DNA of 64,000 bases from Dehalococcoidia bacterium (lineage in GTDB: Bacteria; Chloroflexota; Dehalococcoidia; Plut-88900): NCBI GenBank assembly GCA_965197645.1, contig OZ240219.1:2432001-2496000 (forward strand), in the 5' to 3' direction. Shown one piece after another: positions 27,483 through 35,419 of the stretch (positions within the stretch are counted from its first letter, which is position 1; every line of letters starts with the position of its first letter). The position numbers and the translations under genes were made by a program. The notes under the pieces are model-generated. The model worked only from the letters and a program-made list of their open reading frames with translations, had not been told where the DNA came from and did not search any database.

Positions 27483-28874
27483 GTGAACGTAATCTGGATA
27501 GTCGCCGATACTTTCCGGTGGGACCGGATGGGGGCCTACGGTAACGATTGGATCAATACTCCTGCCCTAGACTCCCTTGCCGCCAAGTCCGTCCGGTTCG
27601 ATCGGCACTACCTCTCTTCCTTTCCCACCGTTCCGGCGCGCGCTGACCATCACACCGGCCAATGGACCATGTCGTTCATGGGGTGGGAACCCCTTCCCGC
27701 CCATTCCATAACCCTTGCCGACCTTCTCTCCCAACGAGGGCACACTACCGTTGCCGTAGTTGACACGCCCTTCTACATCAGGGACGGGATGAACTACGAC
27801 AGGGGGGTTCAGGGCTTCTTCTTCAACCCGAGCCAGGACGCATCGCTAAACCCGGGCCAATACAGGATCGAGTCCCGAGACCTTCGTGCAGCGTGGCGGT
27901 CCGAGGCGGACCACGCGGCGCCTCAGACCCTCACCTGGGCGATGCAGTGGCTCGAACGCCACTACAAGGAGGACTTCTTCCTCTACATCGATACCTGGGA
28001 CCCCCATGAGCCTTGGGACGCTCCCGCCTATTACACCGAGACGTACATGCCCGACTATGACGGCGAGATCGTCGACCCGCTTTACAGCCGGTGGCAGGAC
28101 GTGCCCGGATACACCGAGGCCAAGGTGAAGAAGGCCCACGCAGCCTACTGCGGGGAACTGACGATGGTCGATACCTGGATCGGGTACCTGCTAAGGTGCG
28201 TCTAGAACATGGGACTCATGGACAAGACGGCCATAATCTTCACCACCGACCACGGGTTTCTGTTCGGGGAACACGGAGGGCACTTCGGGAAACTGGTCTA
28301 CATGCAGGATGAGGGGCAGGAGAAATTGGAATCGTTATCGCCGAAAGGGGACGCCGGCTGGGGGCATGATCCCCTCTACGAGGAGATAGTCCACATACCC
28401 CTGCTCATGTACGTGCCCGGGATCAAACCGGGCGTCTACGACAAGCTGACGGTGGCCGTGGACGTGATGCCCACGGTGATGGATATGCTCGATCTACCGA
28501 TTCCCGACCACGTGGAGGGAAGCTCCCTGCTACCCCGCATGCACGATCTGTCGGCGCCGGGTCGCGAGTTCGTGGTCAGCGGTAGGCCCTTTGCCAATCC
28601 GGGCGCCCGGGTCAGGCACGTGGACCACTGGCTGAGATGGGCCAAGGTGCACTCCGTTTCCACCGTCACCGCCGGCGATTGGTCTCTTCTGTACGCCCCG
28701 GAGGCGGGCAAGTCGGAGCTGTACAACCTGGCGACGGACCCGCAGCAGCGGCACAACGTGGTCAACGACAGGGAAGACGTGGCGCGTGATATCCACCAGT
28801 ACCTGCGGAAGTTCATGGCCGATACCAATTTGTCCGACCAACTGAAGGGGCCCAGGCAGGAGTTTCGAGGGTAG
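27483..28874 (+). pseudogene. sulfatase-like hydrolase interrupted by an in-frame TAG (28203-28205)
   Basis: NVIWIVADTFRWD, TPALD, SFPTVPAR, DPHEPW, then TAG, then IIFTTDHG, LYEEIVHIPL and ELYNLATDP in the same frame. Confidence 0.8.
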
Positions 28875-28920
28875 GGTGCTGGCAAGAGGACCGGAATTGT
28901 TGGTGCCGTTCCAGCCCGAC

Positions 28921-29005
28921 AGTCGCTTGAACGTGCCCCGCCTTCTTCGATAGAATTAACGGGTTATCAATAGCCGAGGTTAGTTGGGGAAGCAGCATGG
29001 CTGAC
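28921..29005 (+). promoter_or_regulatory. promoter, copy B of the diverged direct repeat
   Basis: TTGAAC-N18-TAGAAT followed by the amidohydrolase RBS and start; aligns with 27362-27445. Confidence 0.65.
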
Positions 29006-30133
29006 TACAAGGTGATATCGGCCGATTCTCACGCAAACGAACCCGTCGAACTCTACGACCGCCTGCCCGAGGAGTACCGGAGTCGTGCCCCCCACGAAGT
29101 CGTCAAGGACGGGCACAGGTTTCTGAGGATCGAAGGCTCACAGGACATGCCGCTGGATGCCCCAAATCCCCTGACCGAAGAGGACATGCGCCGGTTCTTT
29201 CGAGATGCCGAGGAGGGGGAAGACCTTATCGCCAGCAACCCCAGCGATAAAGCCGGCGGCATCGACATCCCGGTCCGGCTGGCCGACCTTGAAGAGGACG
29301 GTGTCGGCGCCGAGGTGATCTATCCCCAGGGCATCTTCAAGGCCTTCGCCTCCCCGGACCCGGCCTTCCAGCAAGCACTTACATCCCTCTACAACGACTG
29401 GTACCTCGAAGTATTCGGCGAGCACACGGACAAGTTTGCCGTATCGGCCCTTGTCCCCATGATCGATATATCCTCGGCCGTAGAACAAGCGAAGAGGTTA
29501 TCTGAAATCGGTTGGCGGTCCTTCTCAGTACCCATCAGCATGCCCCAGCTGTCCTACAACTATCCGGAGTACAATCCCTTCTGGGACGTGGCCAATGAAA
29601 CGGGAGCGCCGGTGTCCTTCCACGTCTTCACTACGGGGCCCAGTGGGGACACGGGGCCCGGTGACCACAGAGCGGGGCCGGGAGATGACCTCTCCTCAGA
29701 GATCAACGACATGGCCCACGCTATGAATCCCCTTACCTTGCTGGTCGCCTCGGGGACCCTGGAGCGTTATCCGGGACTTAAATTCGTGCTGGTAGAGGGC
29801 GGCGTCGGCTGGCTGGCCTGGGTACTCCAGACCCTGGACGAGATGCAGGTCAAGCGTCACATGTGGGCCGAACCCAAACTGAGCATGAAGCCCAGCGAGT
29901 ATTTCAAGCGTCAGGGCTACGCCACTTTCGGCGACGACCGCGTAGGACTCATGACCCGGGAGATCATCGGTGTGGACTCTCTCATGTGGGGCAGCGATTA
30001 TCCTCACGACGAGGGTACCTTCCCTCACTCGCAGGACGTAATAGACCGGATCTTTAAGGACATCCCCGCCGACGAGAAGCGAAAGATAGTGCGTGACAAC
30101 GCCGCTAAGCTCTACAAATTCCCCCTGAACTAG
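28997..30133 (+). CDS. amidohydrolase family protein
   Basis: ISADSHANEP, VSFHVFT, FVLVEGGVGW, MWGSDYPHDEGT and DNAAKLY. Confidence 0.9.
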   Translation: MADYKVISADSHANEPVELYDRLPEEYRSRAPHEVVKDGHRFLRIEGSQDMPLDAPNPLTEEDMRRFFRDAEEGEDLIASNPSDKAGGIDIPVRLADLEEDGVGAEVIYPQGIFKAFASPDPAFQQALTSLYNDWYLEVFGEHTDKFAVSALVPMIDISSAVEQAKRLSEIGWRSFSVPISMPQLSYNYPEYNPFWDVANETGAPVSFHVFTTGPSGDTGPGDHRAGPGDDLSSEINDMAHAMNPLTLLVASGTLERYPGLKFVLVEGGVGWLAWVLQTLDEMQVKRHMWAEPKLSMKPSEYFKRQGYATFGDDRVGLMTREIIGVDSLMWGSDYPHDEGTFPHSQDVIDRIFKDIPADEKRKIVRDNAAKLYKFPLN

Positions 30134-30160
30134 AGGCGACCACACCATCAGGAGGCGCAT

Positions 30161-31288
30161 ATGCTGGACATTCCAATAATCTCCGCCGACTCCCACTCCA
30201 ATGAGCCCGAGTCCCTGTACGATAGGCTCCCGCCGGAGTACCGCTCTCGCGCTCCCCACGACGCTGTGGTAAACGGCCAACGATGCCTGATCTACGAGGG
30301 TCAACCTCCCGTGCCCATGGAAGCCCCCAACCCGCTCAACGAGGACGACATGAACCGATACTGGCGGGTGGAAGGCGAGGAGCTGGGCAGAGTCCAGCAC
30401 AGGGAAGGCGGCGTGGACGTGGACCTGCGCATGGCCGATCTCGACCGGGACGGCGTGTCCGCCGAGGTTATCTACCCCCAGGCCGTCTTCAAGCTGTTCT
30501 CCTCCCCCGATCCAGGTTACCAGCTGGCCCTGGCCCAGCTCTACAACAACTGGCATAACGAGATATTCGGTGCGCACCCCGACACCTTCGTCGTTTCCGC
30601 CCAGATACCCGTGATAGATATCAATGATGGCATAGCCGAGGCCAAACGGGCCGCCGATATCGGGTACCGGTCCTTGTCTCTCCCCGTCGTCATGCCGACC
30701 CTCCCTTACAACCGGCCCGAGTATGAGCCCTTCTGGGCAGCCGTCCAGGACACGGGCGTACCCCTGGCCTTTCACGTGTTCACAGGAGGACCGAGCGGTC
30801 AAGCTCCACCCAAGGAGCCCTACAAAACGGAGGCCGGAAGCGATTACCTCGGGCAGGTGTTGGGCATGACCCACGCCATGTTTCCCATGGTCCAGCTGAT
30901 CGCCTCGGGGGCATGTGCCAAATACCCGGACCTGAAGTTCGTGCTGGTCGAATCGGGCATCGGGTGGCTGGCCTGGCTGCTCTACCAGATGGACGACAAC
31001 CATCACCGCAGGCACATGTGGGAGGTGCCCAGGCTGGAAATGTTGCCAAGCGAGTACTTCAGGCGCCAGGGCTTCGCCACCTTCGGCGATGACCTGCCCG
31101 GGCTCCTGGCCCGCGATGTTACCGGCGTCGACTGCCTGATGTGGGGCAGCGACTATCCACACGACGAGGGGACATTCCCCCACTCCCGCGAGGTGATTGA
31201 GCGGATATTCAAGGATATCCCGGAGGACGAGACCCGGAAGGTCGTTTGTGAGAACGCCGCCAAGCTTTACAACTTCCCCCTCAACTGA
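30161..31288 (+). CDS. amidohydrolase family protein
   Basis: ISADSHSNEP, LAFHVFT and MWGSDYPHDEGT; tandem paralog of the previous gene. Confidence 0.9.
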   Translation: MLDIPIISADSHSNEPESLYDRLPPEYRSRAPHDAVVNGQRCLIYEGQPPVPMEAPNPLNEDDMNRYWRVEGEELGRVQHREGGVDVDLRMADLDRDGVSAEVIYPQAVFKLFSSPDPGYQLALAQLYNNWHNEIFGAHPDTFVVSAQIPVIDINDGIAEAKRAADIGYRSLSLPVVMPTLPYNRPEYEPFWAAVQDTGVPLAFHVFTGGPSGQAPPKEPYKTEAGSDYLGQVLGMTHAMFPMVQLIASGACAKYPDLKFVLVESGIGWLAWLLYQMDDNHHRRHMWEVPRLEMLPSEYFRRQGFATFGDDLPGLLARDVTGVDCLMWGSDYPHDEGTFPHSREVIERIFKDIPEDETRKVVCENAAKLYNFPLN

Positions 31289-31398
31289 CCTGTGTTGCGC
31301 CGGGCTACCTGGACCATCGGGCGCTAATGTCCCGGCGTCGCGCTCGTCTCCATCAGTCCCACGGCTTCCCTAAGAGGGCTGTCTAGGAAACCCGGGTC

Positions 31399-32874
31399 AT
31401 GGACTGGACAGAGCACTATCAACGAAACCTAGTCTCGGCCGACGAAGCCGTCCAGCTCGTCAGGTCCGGCGATACGGTAGCCGTTGCTGAGTCCTACCCC
31501 GAACCAGAGATCCTGCTCGGCGCCCTGGCAGCTCGTCGGAGGGAGCTGGAGAACGTACGGATCATGGGCATCAACCCCATGCACGATCCGGGCTGGTACC
31601 AGCCGGGGTGGTCCGACTCGTTCAACGTAGTCCTTCAGAACTACCTGGGTGAGGTGGCACGGCCCGCTTACGATGCAGGGCTTATTGACTACTATCCCGC
31701 CATCTACTCCCAGGAGTTCAAGCACTACCACGACCAGCGAGACCCTGGGCAGAAGCTGGACGTCAATATGGCCGTGGTCTCACCTCCCGACGAACACGGT
31801 TTCTGTAGCTTTGGAGAAGGGGTCTGGGACAAGCGTCGAATGGCGCAGACGGCGAACGTGGTCCTGGCACAGATCGATGAGAGTTTCATCAGGACCTACG
31901 GCACCAACTACCTCCACGTCTCCGAGATAGACAGATTTGTCGAGTACCCCACCATGGACCTGACCCGTGAGGAATGCCGGCTCCTGATCGATCAGGTGCA
32001 GAGCGCGGATGCCCGAGGGTATCTGGGCCAGATATCGGAGTCCATGTCCGACGGCATGCGCCACCGGTACCTACCCCAGCTGTGCCAGGCCGGCACGAAG
32101 GAGATTATCGGATTCGCTCAAGCTCTCGGGTTGACGGAACCGCCTGAGGAGGCGGTGAGGATGGCGGCCTACGTGGCGGAGCTGATACCCGATGGCGCCA
32201 CGCTGCAGATCGGCGCTGGAACCCCTACCGGATACCTGCCCCGGCTTGGCGCCTTCGATGACAAGAAGGACCTGGGCTGGCATTCCGAGATGTGGGCGCG
32301 GGGCGCTGTCAAGCTGGTCGAGAGGGGCGTTATCAACGGTTCCCGCAAGACCCTCAACCCGGGCATAACCGTGTCCACCTCGCTTTCGGGGTCATCGGCC
32401 GAGGAGATCGAGTATGCCGCCGACAATCCCCTGTTCGAGCTGCGGGAGGTGGACTACGTCGCCAACATCTCCACCGCTTCGGCCCACGACATGTACCACT
32501 CGATGAACAACGCCCTCGCGGTGGACTTCAGCGGTCAGATCACCTGCGAGACCGTGGGCGCCCGTCTTTACAACGGGACAGGCGGGCAGGTTGAGTTGCA
32601 CATGGGCGGTGTTCTCTCCAGGGGCGGCAGAGCGATGACCCTGATGTGGTCGACGGCGGCCAACGGCACGGTGTCGCGGATAACGCCTCATCTGCCCGAG
32701 GGTGCGGCGGTCACGATACCCCGCACCTTCGCCGATACGGTAATCACCGAGTACGGCGTAGCCCAGCTGCTGGGGAAATCCATTCGAGAACGGGCACGGG
32801 AGCTGATAGCCATAGCCCACCCCGATTTTCGTAAGGACCTCCAGAAGGCAGCCGACGCGCTCTACTACCCCTGA
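31399..32874 (+). CDS. acetyl-CoA hydrolase/transferase family protein
   Basis: SADEAVQLVRSGD, WHSEM, NGTGGQ, ITEYG and AHPDFR; paralog of 6112..7590. Confidence 0.9.
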   Translation: MDWTEHYQRNLVSADEAVQLVRSGDTVAVAESYPEPEILLGALAARRRELENVRIMGINPMHDPGWYQPGWSDSFNVVLQNYLGEVARPAYDAGLIDYYPAIYSQEFKHYHDQRDPGQKLDVNMAVVSPPDEHGFCSFGEGVWDKRRMAQTANVVLAQIDESFIRTYGTNYLHVSEIDRFVEYPTMDLTREECRLLIDQVQSADARGYLGQISESMSDGMRHRYLPQLCQAGTKEIIGFAQALGLTEPPEEAVRMAAYVAELIPDGATLQIGAGTPTGYLPRLGAFDDKKDLGWHSEMWARGAVKLVERGVINGSRKTLNPGITVSTSLSGSSAEEIEYAADNPLFELREVDYVANISTASAHDMYHSMNNALAVDFSGQITCETVGARLYNGTGGQVELHMGGVLSRGGRAMTLMWSTAANGTVSRITPHLPEGAAVTIPRTFADTVITEYGVAQLLGKSIRERARELIAIAHPDFRKDLQKAADALYYP

Positions 32875-32982
32875 TCTTACCCGGCAAGGGCCGTCGTCAA
32901 TTCGACTACAGGTATATGATAGGATAACCCCGACGAGGCTGCAGGGTCTTATCACCGCAGCAGCCAGGTCAAAGGAGGCGCC

Positions 32983-33858
32983 ATGAAACGCATGACCAGA
33001 GACCGGATATGCCGCAGCTTCAGCGCCGATAAGGAGCCGGCCATCGTCGTCCAGCTGGACGAGACCTTCGTAATGGAGACCACCGACCGGTTCCGCGGTG
33101 TAACGGAGTCGGAGTTCCCCAGTGGCGATGACTCGTTGGTCGATACGATGAATGGTCCCGCCTGCATAGAGGGCGCCAAGGCCGGTGACACTATAAAGAT
33201 CGAAATACTAGACATAACGGCGGCAGCGAAAGAGGCCTACGTCTTCGCCATCCCGGGGCTGGGGCCGTTGACCCAGGACATCTCGGAGTACCACATCGAA
33301 ACGGTCAACGTGGAAGGCGACTCAGCCGTATTCCCCAACGGGATATCCGTCCCCTTCCGGCCCATGCTGGGTCGAATAGGAATAGCGCCCAAGGAGGGGA
33401 GCGCCCCGGTAGACGCCATGGGGCCATTCGGAGGCCAGCTCAGCAATGCCGACGTAACCGTCGGCTCCTCCCTGTACCTGCCCGTGTTCCACGACGGCGC
33501 TTTCCTATCGATAGGGGACTCCCACATGGCCATGGGCGATGGGGAGGCGACCAGCTCGGCCGTGGAGGGGGCGGTAGACGCCACCATGAGGGTCTCTCTT
33601 TCCAAGGAGATACAGGTCGCAGACCCTTTGGTGATGAACGCCAACGACGTTATCACCTGCGGAATGGGCGAGACCATGGAGGAGGCATCGGATATCGCTG
33701 TTAAGGCCATGGCCGACCTCCTGACGGAACGTCTGAAGATCGATCGTATCCAGGCGGCCATGCTCATCGGGTGTGCCGGCGACGTCCGCGCCTGCCTCAC
33801 CCTCCACCCGCCCTACAGGATGAAGGTTGTGATGCCTCGCTCCGTGGCGGGAATCTAG
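32983..33858 (+). CDS. acetamidase/formamidase family protein
   Basis: NGPACIEGAKAGD, PMLGRIG, LYLPVF and GDSHMAMGDGE. Confidence 0.85.
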   Translation: MKRMTRDRICRSFSADKEPAIVVQLDETFVMETTDRFRGVTESEFPSGDDSLVDTMNGPACIEGAKAGDTIKIEILDITAAAKEAYVFAIPGLGPLTQDISEYHIETVNVEGDSAVFPNGISVPFRPMLGRIGIAPKEGSAPVDAMGPFGGQLSNADVTVGSSLYLPVFHDGAFLSIGDSHMAMGDGEATSSAVEGAVDATMRVSLSKEIQVADPLVMNANDVITCGMGETMEEASDIAVKAMADLLTERLKIDRIQAAMLIGCAGDVRACLTLHPPYRMKVVMPRSVAGI

Positions 33859-33871
33859 CCGGGAGGACACA

Positions 33872-34486
33872 ATGCCCATCGCAGAGACAGGCGACATCCA
33901 TACCTACTACGACGAAACCGGGGCAGGCACACCGATAATACTCATCCACGGCGGATGGGAGGACGTCACCGAGTGGGACCCTCAGCAAGCGGCTCTCTCT
34001 GAGGGACACAGGTTGATCCGGTACGACCGCCGCGGCTGCGGCCGCTCAGAGCCCAAGGAGGTCGTCCAGACACCGGACCTGTGGGTCGAAGACCTGCGTA
34101 ACCTGATGGACGCCCTCAACATCCACGACGCCATCGTTGGCGGTACCTCCTTTGGCGGCATGCTGACCATCGAGTTCATGCTGAGCTACCCGGAACGGGT
34201 GAAGGCGGCGATAATCGTCAGCGCCACCGCCGGCGGCTACGAAGGCGAGGCCGAGTACGCAGTTCCCTTCCCCGACCGGCTGGCAGCGCTGCGGGATGTT
34301 CGCATCCCTTCCCTGGTGGTCCACGGCACCGACGACGACGTATTTCCCGTCTCCGACGCGGAGGCCATCGCCGGCGCAATCCCCAACTCCAAGCTCGCCG
34401 TCCTCAAGGGCAGCCACTCCGTCAACGCCGACAGTCCCGACGAGTTCAACAAGACCGTCTTGGACTGGCTCGGCACATTACCCTAG
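33872..34486 (+). CDS. alpha/beta fold hydrolase
   Basis: LIHGG, YDRRGCGRS, GTSFGG nucleophile elbow, HGTDDD and a C-terminal His. Confidence 0.88.
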   Translation: MPIAETGDIHTYYDETGAGTPIILIHGGWEDVTEWDPQQAALSEGHRLIRYDRRGCGRSEPKEVVQTPDLWVEDLRNLMDALNIHDAIVGGTSFGGMLTIEFMLSYPERVKAAIIVSATAGGYEGEAEYAVPFPDRLAALRDVRIPSLVVHGTDDDVFPVSDAEAIAGAIPNSKLAVLKGSHSVNADSPDEFNKTVLDWLGTLP

Positions 34487-34731
34487 CTGCCGTATCGGAG
34501 CACCCTGGTTGGAAGGACACGAATGGTGAGGGGCAGCCCACGAATGCAATACAGGGTGGGAGGGCAGACCAACCTGGGGATGGGGCCCATCCTAATGGCG
34601 AGCCCGTAAAAGGCAGCGCCTCTGCACCTGAGTGACGGTGGCCAAATGGCACTTCCGCATGCGAAGAGACGCCCACTGGGCTATAATTGACCCCGCCTTA
34701 CACCTTTACCCCCTTCCACAGGAGGACGTAA

Positions 34732-35034
34732 ATGCGCCTTACCCCTAAAGAGATGGACCGCCTGACCATCTTCTCCGCCGCCGAGCTGGCACGCCGCCGC
34801 CGGGACAAGGGCCTCAAGCTCAACTATCCCGAAGCGGTAGCCCTCATCTGCGACGAGCTGCTGGAGGACGGTCGAGAGGGCAAGAACTACGAGGAAGTCA
34901 TGGACCACGCCGTCAGCATCCTCACTACCGATGACGTGCTCAATGGAGTCCCCGAGCTGGTCACCCCGATCCGCCTCGAAGTCACCTTCGATGACGGCAA
35001 CAAGCTTATCTACGTCGAAGACCCTATAAGATAG
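34732..35034 (+). CDS. ureA: urease gamma subunit
   Basis: MRLTPKE, GLKLNYPEAVALI and TFDDGNKL; RBS AGGAGG; TATAAT at 34682. Confidence 0.92.
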   Translation: MRLTPKEMDRLTIFSAAELARRRRDKGLKLNYPEAVALICDELLEDGREGKNYEEVMDHAVSILTTDDVLNGVPELVTPIRLEVTFDDGNKLIYVEDPIR

Positions 35035-35045
35035 GAGACCACCCC

Positions 35046-35417
35046 GTGAAACCAGGCGAAATCATACCTGCCCAGGGCAGCATCCGCATAAACGAGGGCC
35101 GCGAGTCCATTACAGTATCCGTGGAAAATACCTCCGATCACGCCGTGCAGATCACCTCCCACTACCACTTCTTCGAGGCCAACAAGCGACTCCGCTTCGA
35201 TAGAGCGGCAGCATACGGCCGCCGGTTGGACGTGCCCGCCGGCGCCGGCGTCCGATGGGAAGCCGGCGAGACGAAAGATGTCCAGCTCATCGAAATTGGC
35301 GGCAAGCGGAGGGTATTCGGGTTTCAGGGCTTCGTTAACGGCCATCTTAGCGATGAACAACAGGGCGAAGCCCTGGCAAGAGCCCACGACCGTGGGTTCA
35401 TGGACGTGGAGGAATAA
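35046..35417 (+). CDS. ureB: urease beta subunit
   Basis: KPGEI, NEGR, SHYHFFEAN, FDRAAAYGRRLDVPAG and GFQGFVNG. Confidence 0.92.
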   Translation: MKPGEIIPAQGSIRINEGRESITVSVENTSDHAVQITSHYHFFEANKRLRFDRAAAYGRRLDVPAGAGVRWEAGETKDVQLIEIGGKRRVFGFQGFVNGHLSDEQQGEALARAHDRGFMDVEE

Positions 35418-35419
35418 CC

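Noticed and set aside
28203-28205. Pyrrolysine or genome-wide TAG recoding
   Set aside because: TAG is the true stop of many genes here (thiolase, MFS, purF, purM), no pyl genes are in the window, and the site is not at a catalytic motif.
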